The notes beneath the pieces were generated by a model, which saw only the letters and a program-made list of their open reading frames with translations, did not search any database and was not told the DNA's origin. Shown here piece after piece: positions 38,245 through 47,223 of a DNA stretch of 64,000 nt. The first letter of the stretch is position 1; every line of letters begins with the position of its first letter. Source of the DNA: Chloroflexota bacterium (GTDB lineage Bacteria; Chloroflexota; Dehalococcoidia; Lucifugimonadales; UBA3495); contig JAQBVF010000012.1 of NCBI GenBank assembly GCA_027623675.1, forward strand, positions 24,350 through 88,349, written 5' to 3'. A program made the translations under genes and the position numbers.

Positions 38245-40057
38245 AGAAGTTGCTTATTCCCCTTTCGTGGAGTTTGCGCAGGACCACCGCTCTGGCGGTG
38301 ATCTCGTCGTAAATGCGCCGAGTTTCCTTGGGCGGCAGGCCCCGCCGGATGCCCACCACATTCTCCAAAAGATAGGCGTTGTTGAAACCGGGGAACTCGA
38401 ACTTGTCCGTTGCCGGGTTCCACCGGAAGACCTCTATGTAGTTGAACGAGTTGGTCTCGGTGTCGTAGGACACGATCTCGTTGATGCTCATCACCCGGCG
38501 GCCGGTGCTGCCGTCGGGCAGTCTCACCGCGCTCATGATGATGACCAGGTTCAGGCTGTCCACGTAGGTCTTGGGGATGTTAATGGGGTGCCCGGTCAGC
38601 CGCTGGATCAGTTTCTCCACCGACGATGCGTGGAACGTGGCCAGACAGGCGTGTCCGGTCTGCATGGCTTGGAAGGCGATGGCGCCCTCCTCCCCCCGGA
38701 TCTCGCCGATTATTATCTCGTTGGGACGCTGCCGCATGGCCGCCTTTAGCAGGTCGAACATGGTGACCGACGAACTGCCGCCGGCGCTGCCGCGGACCAC
38801 CTCACGGGTCCAGTTGGGGTGGGGCACCTGCAACTCGGCGGTATCCTCGATGCTTACGATCTTGTGGTTGGGGGGTATGAGCGTGGTTGCCGCGTTCAGC
38901 AGAGTGGTTTTGCCCGAGGCCGTCTCCCCTGAGACAAAGCCGTTCATGCCGGTGCCAATCATCAGCGACAGGTAGGCGGCCATCTCGTAGGAGAGGGTGC
39001 CGCCATCGATCAGGTCGATGATGCTCATTGGGGTTGTCTTGAACTTTCGGACGGTGAAGTTGCTGCCCCGTTTGGAAACGTCGCCGCCAAACACGATGTT
39101 GACCCTGGAACCGTCGGGCAGCACCGCGTCCACGATGGGGTCGCGCACGGTCACGGGCCGGCCGATCTTCTCCGACAGCTTGATGACGAACCGGTCCAAC
39201 TCAGACTCGGTGTCGAAAGATATGCCCGCCTTCAGCCCGCCGAATATCTTGTGCTCCACGAACAGGGGGCCGACGCCGCTGCAAGATATGTCTTCGATGT
39301 AGGGGTCCAATATCAGGGGTTCCATGGCGCCCAGGCCCTCTTTGTCGCGGACCATCAGGTAGCGCAACCCTTCCAGTTCCGCCTTGGTGACCCTGATGGC
39401 TTTGCGGTTCCGCATCCCGCCATTCACCGTGCAGATACGCTCCAGGCAGCTCAACAACACCTTGCTGCGGTCGTCGCCGTCGTCGGCCTTGAGTTCTTCG
39501 ATATAGCTGATCAGCTTCCGGTCGACCTGGTCCATGAGACCAGGAACGTTGGGCCCCATGGACGGTTCTATGGCGATGTAGAAGTCCCGGCTGTCGCGTG
39601 GGTCGGGGTACAGGTGGATGAAGATGCCCTCGCTGACCGGGTAGATGATGTTGCGGTATTCCTGCCCGCCCATGCCCTTGGTCAAACGGGAGTGGTACTG
39701 AGGCATGCCGATCTCGTCCATCGGCAACTCCGTCAGGTATTCCCACACGTGGGGATGGGTGCGGGACTGCTCCTGAAGGTCTTCCGTCAGAGAGAGGTAC
39801 AGGTCAGAATCCAGGTCCAGCGGCTGGCCGCCGAGACCCTGGTCCACCGCTGCGTGTTTCTGGCCCGAGAGGGATGGCGGCCAGAAACGCCATGGCAGGC
39901 GCAGGAAAGACCCGGCCTGTTGATTACCCGGCACGGCAACCAAAACGTCATCATTCTCTGCCGGGTCTCTTTCAGGCGGCTCTTCAGAGGGCGCGACGGC
40001 GGCTCCGGCCATTCCGGAACCGCTGTTCATACTGATGTTTAGTGGACCTAATTGCAC
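38192..40057 (-). CDS. flaI: Archaellum motor ATPase ArlI/FlaI
   Basis: DPYIEDISCSG, LPDGSRVNIVFG, GETASGKT, RQRPNEIIIGEIRG, AMQTGH, QRLTGHPINIP, EVFRWNP. Exact start uncertain. Confidence 0.92.
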   Translation of the reverse strand: MQLGPLNISMNSGSGMAGAAVAPSEEPPERDPAENDDVLVAVPGNQQAGSFLRLPWRFWPPSLSGQKHAAVDQGLGGQPLDLDSDLYLSLTEDLQEQSRTHPHVWEYLTELPMDEIGMPQYHSRLTKGMGGQEYRNIIYPVSEGIFIHLYPDPRDSRDFYIAIEPSMGPNVPGLMDQVDRKLISYIEELKADDGDDRSKVLLSCLERICTVNGGMRNRKAIRVTKAELEGLRYLMVRDKEGLGAMEPLILDPYIEDISCSGVGPLFVEHKIFGGLKAGISFDTESELDRFVIKLSEKIGRPVTVRDPIVDAVLPDGSRVNIVFGGDVSKRGSNFTVRKFKTTPMSIIDLIDGGTLSYEMAAYLSLMIGTGMNGFVSGETASGKTTLLNAATTLIPPNHKIVSIEDTAELQVPHPNWTREVVRGSAGGSSSVTMFDLLKAAMRQRPNEIIIGEIRGEEGAIAFQAMQTGHACLATFHASSVEKLIQRLTGHPINIPKTYVDSLNLVIIMSAVRLPDGSTGRRVMSINEIVSYDTETNSFNYIEVFRWNPATDKFEFPGFNNAYLLENVVGIRRGLPPKETRRIYDEITARAVVLRKLHERGISNFYELHGILSQAYRQGLFR

Positions 40058-40119
40058 AAGGTTTTATCGCTCTCTTGGACCAGAATTGGTTCAGCTAAGA
40101 ATCTAGCTCGCGCCCCTGG

Positions 40120-40839
40120 TCACGCCCGGGCTTTAGATATGGGTACGATCCTGATGCCCAGGCCGGGGTCGACCTCGAAGCCCGAGATGTTGCCGGTGGG
40201 AGCGTCGGCCCCCCGGATCTTGGCAACCTCAATGGTTTTCTGAAGCTGGCCCCCGGATTTGACCACCTCCAGGCGCAGGTGGGCGTCGCAGATCGAACGC
40301 ACCCTGGTCAGGATGGCCGGGTCGAAGGCGTCGGCGTGGACGGTGCCGATCACCACCTTGCCCTGGTCGCAGAAAGATTTGCAGCCGTTGAAGAATTCCT
40401 GTATCTGGTCGCCGCCGGTCCGGGAGACGAATGTGGTTAGGGCGTCCACCAAGATGACCCGGCATTCGTCCTGTTTCATGATGTGGCTCCGCAGTTCCTC
40501 GAAGAGGACCTGTGGGGCCGCGGTGTCGGGCGGGATGGATATGGGGTAGACCTGCAGCAGGTCCAGCAGGAAGTAGTCGCGGACGTCCAAACCCAGGCTG
40601 GTCATCTGGCGGAGGAAGCTTTGCACCGTCTGCTCGGTGGTATAGAGCGCAGCCTTCTCGCCGGACTGCAGCGCTCCCCAGACCAGTTGCTGGGCCAGGG
40701 TGCTCTTGCCCGACGAAGACTGGCCCTCGATCAACATCAGCGTGCGGTAGGGAATGCCTCCGCCCAGTGCGCGGTCCACATCATCCGCGCCGGCTGAGAT
40801 GATTTCAGTAAGTTGCTGGTCTTCAAGTGTGGTAGTCAT
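40120..40839 (-). CDS. flaH: Archaellum KaiC/RecA-fold ATPase ArlH/FlaH
   Basis: DRALGGGIP, EGQSSSGKS, YTTE, RSICDAHL, FEVDPGLGIRIVPISKA; single domain of 239 aa. Confidence 0.9.
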   Translation of the reverse strand: MTTTLEDQQLTEIISAGADDVDRALGGGIPYRTLMLIEGQSSSGKSTLAQQLVWGALQSGEKAALYTTEQTVQSFLRQMTSLGLDVRDYFLLDLLQVYPISIPPDTAAPQVLFEELRSHIMKQDECRVILVDALTTFVSRTGGDQIQEFFNGCKSFCDQGKVVIGTVHADAFDPAILTRVRSICDAHLRLEVVKSGGQLQKTIEVAKIRGADAPTGNISGFEVDPGLGIRIVPISKARA

Positions 40840-40880
40840 GTGGTCTCCATGGTCTAGGGGCGCTCGTCTAAAGGCGCCGG

Positions 40881-42530
40881 TTAGGGCAGTCTGATCACGG
40901 TTGGGTACACGGTAGTGTCATACGCCAGCCACATGTCCTTGCTGGCCTTGATGGTGTCGGCAATCATCCTAGCTTCCAACCGGTTCCCCGCGGGGATGGT
41001 GTAGTTCACGTCTGGAATCATTATGGTTTGGGCGACGAAGGTGCCCGACCCCTGCTGCCAGTCCTCGACGAAGATACTGCCGTTGGCAATCTCGGTGTAG
41101 CTGGCCCCGTTGTAGTCCCGAAGGTAGATGGTCATCGCGCCCGATTGTTCGGCCTGGAAATTGCGAACTCCGGCCCAGATGTCGACCATGACATCGCCCT
41201 CGATGCCAAGGTCTTCGCCCAGCGGGCCGGTCTGCCAGACCTGGAACTTGTCGGCGGTCACCTCGGCCAAGCCAAGGTCGGTCCCTTTCAGCAGCAGTCC
41301 GGGGTTGTTGTTGGGAACCCCGTAGCGGTATAGGACACTGCCGGAGCTGCCCGTTTCATCCAGAGGGAGTACGGCTTGGCGGCTGGTGTCGCCCGCTGGC
41401 GGAGACGGATCGTTGTGCAGGTAATAGGAAGTGGACGTCATCGGCGGCAGGAAGGCCAGATTGACCAAAGATGAATGCTGCACCGTGTCGTAGGCCACGG
41501 TCATGTCCTGCTCAGATGCGATGTCGATCTGCAGGCGTATCTCCAGTTCGTTGCCCGCTGGGATGGTGTAATTTATGTCTTTGATCAGAGCCATCCGTTC
41601 CACGAATCCGGTGGCGCCAGACTGCCAATCTCTGGCGAAAACAGCGCTTTCGCCGATCTCTGTATGGGAAACCCCGTCAAAGTCCCGCAGGTAGACGACG
41701 ACTATGCCGATCTGACCTTGAGTTACCGGAGCCAACGCGGCGAAGATATCGACCAGCACACTGCCGTTGATTACCTTGGGAGCGCCCAGAACTCCGGTCC
41801 GCCAGACCTGGTACTTGGTGGTCAGGGATTCGGACAGACCGTTCTGGGTCCGCAGCAGGGTTAGCCCCGGGTCGGCGTCCCGGTTGTTGTCGTAATTGAA
41901 CAGGGTGGTGGCCGAGGGCAGGCCGCCCTCCATGGTCAGCAACAGTTGCGACGCGGTGTCGGCGGTGGGCGGGGTCGGGAAATTGTGCAGGAACCGGCAA
42001 TCGGCATCGGAAACGTCGGTGAAGTTCACGTAGCTTGAGTCGCTCACCCCGTTGGGGGTGACCACGGTGACATAGCCGGAGGTCCCCGGCAGCTGAGGCC
42101 GCAGGAACCGCCAGGTGAATGACAGGGTCTCGCCCGGGTCCCATGCCCCGCCGAAATCCACCGGGTCTACCCCGGTTACCGACCATTCGTCTTGCAAAAG
42201 GTTTCCGCTGGTGTACTGGAACGGCGTAGTCGCCGGCTGGCCTGTTTCGTCGGTGTACCAGGTAAATACGTCCATCGCTTCAAAATCGTCGATTGGCTTA
42301 CTGCCGACGTTCTTGATGTGGGTTCGGACGATGGTGTCGCAGCGGAAGACACTGAAGGCGGTGGCTTCCTGTATGGCGATGGCCGTGGTGGCCTGCTCAC
42401 GGCCAAGAGAGGCAGACCGGCGCACCGCGCCGCCCACCACTTCGTCGCCGTGTAGTTTCGTTTGATACATCATGAATACACTGGTGAATAGAACAGCCAG
42501 GATCAGCAGACTTGTGACTGCGGTCCCCAC
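40881..42530 (-). CDS. ArlF/FlaF-like protein with two tandem C-terminal domains
   Basis: N-terminal TM, KNVGS, MDVF, WDPGETL, TVVTPNGV (ArlF/G-like) followed by a duplicated ~190-aa domain. Confidence 0.75.
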   Translation of the reverse strand: MGTAVTSLLILAVLFTSVFMMYQTKLHGDEVVGGAVRRSASLGREQATTAIAIQEATAFSVFRCDTIVRTHIKNVGSKPIDDFEAMDVFTWYTDETGQPATTPFQYTSGNLLQDEWSVTGVDPVDFGGAWDPGETLSFTWRFLRPQLPGTSGYVTVVTPNGVSDSSYVNFTDVSDADCRFLHNFPTPPTADTASQLLLTMEGGLPSATTLFNYDNNRDADPGLTLLRTQNGLSESLTTKYQVWRTGVLGAPKVINGSVLVDIFAALAPVTQGQIGIVVVYLRDFDGVSHTEIGESAVFARDWQSGATGFVERMALIKDINYTIPAGNELEIRLQIDIASEQDMTVAYDTVQHSSLVNLAFLPPMTSTSYYLHNDPSPPAGDTSRQAVLPLDETGSSGSVLYRYGVPNNNPGLLLKGTDLGLAEVTADKFQVWQTGPLGEDLGIEGDVMVDIWAGVRNFQAEQSGAMTIYLRDYNGASYTEIANGSIFVEDWQQGSGTFVAQTIMIPDVNYTIPAGNRLEARMIADTIKASKDMWLAYDTTVYPTVIRLP

Positions 42531-42602
42531 GGGTTAGCGCCCGCTCTTAACGGCGAATGACCCGGCGGTTTCCGGGTTGGCTAAACATTGGCTAAACATC
42601 GG

Positions 42603-43109
42603 CTAAACACAGGGGGCCATGTCTACCAGGTCTACGCTGTCGGTCACCCCTTGGGGCGTTCCCACCGTGACGGTGGCGGTCCCCGGTTCGGTCAGCAACG
42701 CCTTGCCGTCGACGGTCAGCATCTCCCCTGGATTGAATATCCCCGGCTCGAAACTGCCGGTCAGAGCGGTATCCGTCCACTCTCCAACCGCCAGCGGCCC
42801 CGATGGAACGTAGGTCAGCCGTTGGGCCGCGTTGTTCCCGGAGGCGAACTGGACAATCACATCCATATCCACGGCATCCAGCACCCTGGTAGAGCCATCG
42901 TTTTCCACCTCCAACGAAAACCAGCAAGTGTTGTCTTGGTCCACGTTGCCGATCTTGATCCCAGTGCGGGCGTTCTCGCCCATGACCTTGTTCGCATCCC
43001 GGGTGGCGCCGCTCACTGCCACATCGCCGAACAGGGTGGAGCGGAATGTTAGCAGCGACGTGGTGAGGAACATCGCCAATATCAATAGGCCTGCCAGCGT
43101 CGATGCCAT
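42603..43109 (-). CDS. flaF: Archaellum stator protein ArlF/FlaF-like
   Basis: N-terminal TM, ENDGS, MDVIV, FNPGEML, VGTPQGV; lies between arlG and arlH. Confidence 0.75.
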   Translation of the reverse strand: MASTLAGLLILAMFLTTSLLTFRSTLFGDVAVSGATRDANKVMGENARTGIKIGNVDQDNTCWFSLEVENDGSTRVLDAVDMDVIVQFASGNNAAQRLTYVPSGPLAVGEWTDTALTGSFEPGIFNPGEMLTVDGKALLTEPGTATVTVGTPQGVTDSVDLVDMAPCV

Positions 43110-43115
43110 GGCGCA

Positions 43116-43598
43116 TCACCTGCTGAAAACCCGTTCGGCAACGACGCCGTTGGGGGTGGATATTCGGATGGAATGGCTGCCGCTGACCAACGGATCGCCG
43201 GACGGCAATGTGATCGCGATATGCAGAGTCTGGCCCCGGTCCCATGACGAACCGGCCGGCAGTTCGGTCCAGGTGTTGTCGCCACTGGTGGCGTAGGCCA
43301 TTGCGTCGTAGCGCGTGCCGGGCGTCACCACGAAGACATCCGAGGAGCTCAATCCAAAGATGGGGGCCACGCCCACGTTCTTGATCCAGGCGTCCACCAG
43401 GGTCCCGGCGCTGTTGGCCGCCACGGCGATGACCTCGATGTCGGTTTTGATGATGGCCGAGGCTTCCCGCTGCGCTTCCAACACCGACTGGCTGCTGCCC
43501 GACACAGACGGGCCGATGGTGAGGATCACCACCAACGCCGCCGTGACCGAACCGATGACCAGTAGGCCGGTGACAATGACCTTATCCAACCGGGCCAC
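43116..43598 (-). CDS. flaG: Archaellum stator protein ArlG/FlaG
   Basis: N-terminal TM, IKTDIEVI, AWIKNVG, DVF, WDRGQTL, TPNGV. Confidence 0.8.
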   Translation of the reverse strand: MARLDKVIVTGLLVIGSVTAALVVILTIGPSVSGSSQSVLEAQREASAIIKTDIEVIAVAANSAGTLVDAWIKNVGVAPIFGLSSSDVFVVTPGTRYDAMAYATSGDNTWTELPAGSSWDRGQTLHIAITLPSGDPLVSGSHSIRISTPNGVVAERVFSR

Positions 43599-44457
43599 CG
43601 TACTCTGAGATTTCCCGGCCGTCGTGGGACTCTGGGACCTGGATGGTCCTTATGTTGTAGTTGCTCGTGTCCGAGTCGGCGGAACCGTGGGAGTTCTTCT
43701 TGATATTGGGCTTGCCATTCCCCAACGGCTCCGCCTCGATGCGGACCTCCTCCAGGTTCTCCAATAGGTTCGCCCGGTGATTCTCGGGGAGATTTCCTGA
43801 TAGATTTCCGGGCATATTTCGAGGGAGTTCGTCCTGGCGCATCGCCGAGTAGCCTTCCATGATCCCCACGGCTTGCTCCGACACCACTTCCACGGCGCAG
43901 ATGATGTCGTGTAGTTGGCCGATGCAATCGGCGTATTGCTCGGGGGAGAATTCCACTTCCTGGGGTGTGTAGGCCAACTGGTCCAGGTCGGCCAATGACC
44001 GGAGCAGGACCTTTAGCATGATCGGCGGCAGATAGCCCGACGCTTCATAGGCCTCCAAGAAGGGGGTCACCTGCTGCAGAGACAGGCCCATCCGTTTCAC
44101 GGTGCCCAGCCAATCGATGACGTTGGCCAACATCATTGGGTCCATGCCGTCCGCCCGCGGGCCGGGGGCAGATTGACCAGCCGGGGCGGTGGACCGCCTG
44201 CCGTTGATCCCATTCGTGCTAACCGGAGGCTCCCTGGCGTAAACGACGCGGGCCGGCAGAGGCGACGATATCCGAAGCCTTTCTTCCTCTTCCGTTTGGG
44301 AAAACACCGTTCGGCCCTTCATCATGTGTTCCCGCAGGTCGATCAGCGTCTGCTTGATCTCATTCTTCAGCAGGTCAACCTCGTCTTGGAGGGCTTCGAA
44401 CCGCTCTGCGATGTCGATGGAAACCAGCCGGTCTACTCGGGTTCCTTGTTCCACCAT
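43582..44457 (-). CDS. Putative ArlCDE-like (FlaC/D/E-like) protein
   Basis: Between arlB and arlG; N-terminal coiled coil (FEALQDEVDLLKNEIKQTLIDLRE) and VIDWL...FLEAYEASGYL resembling the FlaD/E core; start MVEQG after GGAG. Confidence 0.5.
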   Translation of the reverse strand: MVEQGTRVDRLVSIDIAERFEALQDEVDLLKNEIKQTLIDLREHMMKGRTVFSQTEEEERLRISSPLPARVVYAREPPVSTNGINGRRSTAPAGQSAPGPRADGMDPMMLANVIDWLGTVKRMGLSLQQVTPFLEAYEASGYLPPIMLKVLLRSLADLDQLAYTPQEVEFSPEQYADCIGQLHDIICAVEVVSEQAVGIMEGYSAMRQDELPRNMPGNLSGNLPENHRANLLENLEEVRIEAEPLGNGKPNIKKNSHGSADSDTSNYNIRTIQVPESHDGREISEYGGPVG

Positions 44458-44653
44458 TGCTATTTCTCCGGTCTGCCGTTTGTCTGGGGTTGTGTTTGGA
44501 AAGTGCCGGTAAATCGGATCTGGAAAGCCGGATCCGTAAGGTTTGAACGGGGATCTGATCCGGAAACCTTGATAAGGATCAGTGGGTGCCTGCCAGGGAA
44601 AGCAGGCACCCACCAACCCAGCCTACGGGGACGTGATTGACGGCGAGTTTGGG

Positions 44654-45505
44654 TTAGCCCAGGTCCATGATCTGGGTGATCTCCACCGGGCTGGTGCGGG
44701 TGACGGTGAACGGAGCGCCTTGGGCGGGGATCAGTTCCACCTTGAAGGGCTCGTTGGTCGGCACGCTTATGCTCTGGTTGGCATCAAGGTCGTAGATCGA
44801 GAGACCGTCGGCGTGGGCGGAGGCCGTGGTGCCATTGTCGCCACGGGTGACCGTGAGGTCGTTGAGGGCGATGCCGGTGATGGTCATCTGCTCGTTCTCC
44901 AGGTAGATGATGTCGTTCGCCGCGAACACGGAGCCGTCGGCGACGGTCAGGGTCGTGTCGGTTGAGGAGAACACGGCCCCCTCGCTGGTGGTGGTGCCGC
45001 TGTCGGTGGTGGAGAAGAAACCAACCGTGATCTCAACCACTTCACCGGAGTCCAGTGAGTTGCCGGTGCCCAGCTTCCACTCTGAATACCACCATGGCGA
45101 GGTCTCGCCGATACCCGTGGGGCTGGCGGAGCGGGTCAGGGTGACCAAGTTGCCGGTGTCGGTGTAGGTTAGCAGGGTGCTAAGGGGGTCCAGTCCCACC
45201 GGGGCGGAACCGCTGTTGGTCATCTTGAACTGGACGGTGGACAGAGAGCTCAGGGCGGGGTTGGCCCTGGCGACCACTGCGCCCTTGGGAGTTAGCGTGG
45301 TCGAGGCTTCGCCCAATCCAGCGGAGGCGGACTCCGCTGCTTTTTCTGAGCTGAATAGCCCGGTGGTGATGACGGCGAAGGCGAACACCGCCGCAACTAC
45401 CACGAAAGCGATCAAGACGATGGCCGTTTCCAAGCCGGTGATGCCACGTTGGTTGTACAAACCAACACCAAAGAGGGGATTTCTGCCGTTCAGAATGCTC
45501 TTCAT
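44654..45505 (-). CDS. flaB: Archaellin ArlB/FlaB
   Basis: Class III signal peptide QRG/ITGLETAIVLIAFVVVAAVFAFAVITTG, LDSGEVVEITV, and C-terminal FKVELIPAQGAPFTVTRTSP...MDLG. Confidence 0.93.
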   Translation of the reverse strand: MKSILNGRNPLFGVGLYNQRGITGLETAIVLIAFVVVAAVFAFAVITTGLFSSEKAAESASAGLGEASTTLTPKGAVVARANPALSSLSTVQFKMTNSGSAPVGLDPLSTLLTYTDTGNLVTLTRSASPTGIGETSPWWYSEWKLGTGNSLDSGEVVEITVGFFSTTDSGTTTSEGAVFSSTDTTLTVADGSVFAANDIIYLENEQMTITGIALNDLTVTRGDNGTTASAHADGLSIYDLDANQSISVPTNEPFKVELIPAQGAPFTVTRTSPVEITQIMDLG

Positions 45506-45539
45506 CTTTAGACCTTCCAACAATTAGGAATCAGGTTGT

Positions 45540-45690
45540 GTCGTGGATAAATATATTCCCGTTAGAAGTTTAAGTAGTGTGGAAATAGTGTGAGAAACCG
45601 AGATTAATTAAACAATACGGAGAAATTTCTGGAAATTATAGGAAATACGGGAAATAATCAACCAAATTGGTACGAAAGGAGTAATAGAGG
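45540..45690. promoter_or_regulatory. AT-rich control region upstream of arlB with phased RGAAAT repeats
   Basis: RGAAAT at 45621, 45631, 45641, 45650 and 45581, in a markedly AT-rich stretch. Confidence 0.5.
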
Positions 45691-45995
45691 TTTGAGGCTA
45701 AAAACGGTAGGCGGAGGAGAAGGTGGGCAGGGCTGCCGCGGAAACGGTCAGCCCCATTTGGTGCGCCGGGGGGCCCACGGCGGGCCGGCCGGCATGCTTG
45801 GCCTATGTTTTGATGTCGGTTCCTTCGTGCTTGGTTGGTCCGGCGTGATCACCTGCCAACCGTTATCGGGCGAACCATGGGACGGCCGTGTGGCTCTCCC
45901 ATTCCACATATCCTCTAGCTGTTGGCGCAACGCTGCCCGGGCCGGACCGGTTGGCTCCGCGTCCCAGGCATCTGGCCTGGGCTGAGACTCCCCGT

Positions 45996-46700
45996 CTAGA
46001 TCACCGGGTCGCACGCCATCGCTAAAGGGACCATGTGGATCTGCTCCACGAATGCTTGGATCGCTTTGATGCGCCGCTCCTGAACGGTACCACCAAGTAT
46101 GCTGAATTTTGCGTAGATGGACTCCGCACAATCGCTGACCTGCTCCTGGTCCAGATGCAACGTGTGGCAGATATAGGCGTCGTCGTAGCCCTCCGCCATG
46201 ACGCCCAGAACGTCCTGTTCGATGTTTGACAGGCCGCTGGTGAGGACGCTGGAGTGCTTGCAATAGAGCCGGGCCATCTTCTGTACGATCCCCGAATCCA
46301 GCACGGTGTGACCTTGGTCAACGGCTTCCACGATACGGATCAACTCCGAGATGTCGGACAAGGAGTTCTTGAGGAGATAGGCTTTGCGGCTGGAACCGTT
46401 CCGCATCAGGTCGGCGACGAAAGAGAGGTCGTCGTAGGCCGAGATGATCACAATGGCCGTGCCGGGCCGGTTGTCCAGAATCTGATGGGCCACACTGATG
46501 CCGTCTATCTTGGGCATGCGAATGTCCAGGATCGCCACGTCGGGCATGGACTCCGCCGCCTTTCTGACTGCCTCCTCGCCGTTCGACGCCATCGCCACCA
46601 CCCTCAGGTTGGACTGGGATTCCAGGATCCGCTTGTACGCGATCCGCATGAATTCCGAGTCGTCGGCAATCAGTATCTGCAGTTGCTCCATATCCATCAC
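45996..46700 (-). CDS. NarL/LuxR-type response regulator
   Basis: LIADD, AILDIRMP, AYLLK, C-terminal LSNIEQDVLGVMAEGY HTH region. Confidence 0.88.
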   Translation of the reverse strand: MMDMEQLQILIADDSEFMRIAYKRILESQSNLRVVAMASNGEEAVRKAAESMPDVAILDIRMPKIDGISVAHQILDNRPGTAIVIISAYDDLSFVADLMRNGSSRKAYLLKNSLSDISELIRIVEAVDQGHTVLDSGIVQKMARLYCKHSSVLTSGLSNIEQDVLGVMAEGYDDAYICHTLHLDQEQVSDCAESIYAKFSILGGTVQERRIKAIQAFVEQIHMVPLAMACDPVI

Positions 46701-46765
46701 TTCCGGTTGAGATTTAGTGATTCCAAATCAGTGCATCAACGGGGGAGTCAGCTCCAAGCCGTACC

Positions 46766-47137
46766 CTATCTAGCTTGGGCCAAGGCCGAGGTAACGGCTG
46801 TCTCCACCACACCACGGCGCCAAGGCTTGGTCACGTGATAGGTGTTGGGCGTGTCAAGAATCTGGTTCTCCTGCTCGGACAGCGAGAATGCGGTGAGCAG
46901 TATGACCGGCAGGTTCTCGGTGGTCGGATTGTCCCGCAGCCTCTGCAGCACCTGGATGCCGCTCATCAAGGGCATCAACACATCCAGCAGGACCAGGTCT
47001 GGGCGGTCAAGTTGGACCTGACTTACCGCGATCTGGCCGTTCTCGGCCTGGGTCACCTGGTGTCCGGCTTCTTCGAGCAGGTCGGCCAACAGGGCCCTCA
47101 TGTCTGGTTCATCGTCCGCGACTAATATCCTTCCCAT
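46766..47137 (-). CDS. Single-domain response regulator (REC only)
   Basis: ILVADDE, LLDVLMP, LLTA, KP. Confidence 0.9.
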   Translation of the reverse strand: MGRILVADDEPDMRALLADLLEEAGHQVTQAENGQIAVSQVQLDRPDLVLLDVLMPLMSGIQVLQRLRDNPTTENLPVILLTAFSLSEQENQILDTPNTYHVTKPWRRGVVETAVTSALAQAR

Positions 47138-47223
47138 TTCTCACATCCTCCTCAATCTATGCGCCTATGCGCGCTCCCGGCGGGCAAAACCGTCCGGGAT
47201 CCAATCACGGTTTTTGTCAGTGG

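Noticed and set aside
36688..40057. Tad pilus or type II secretion ATPase and platform
   Set aside because: Adjacent archaellin, ArlF/G and ArlH and ArlJ-type motifs indicate an archaellum.
40120..40839. Circadian KaiC
   Set aside because: Single domain, located between arlF and arlI, with no kaiA/kaiB; fits ArlH.
45748..46263. 171-aa minus-strand ORF upstream of arlB
   Set aside because: Overlaps the NarL regulator out of frame and has no recognisable motif.
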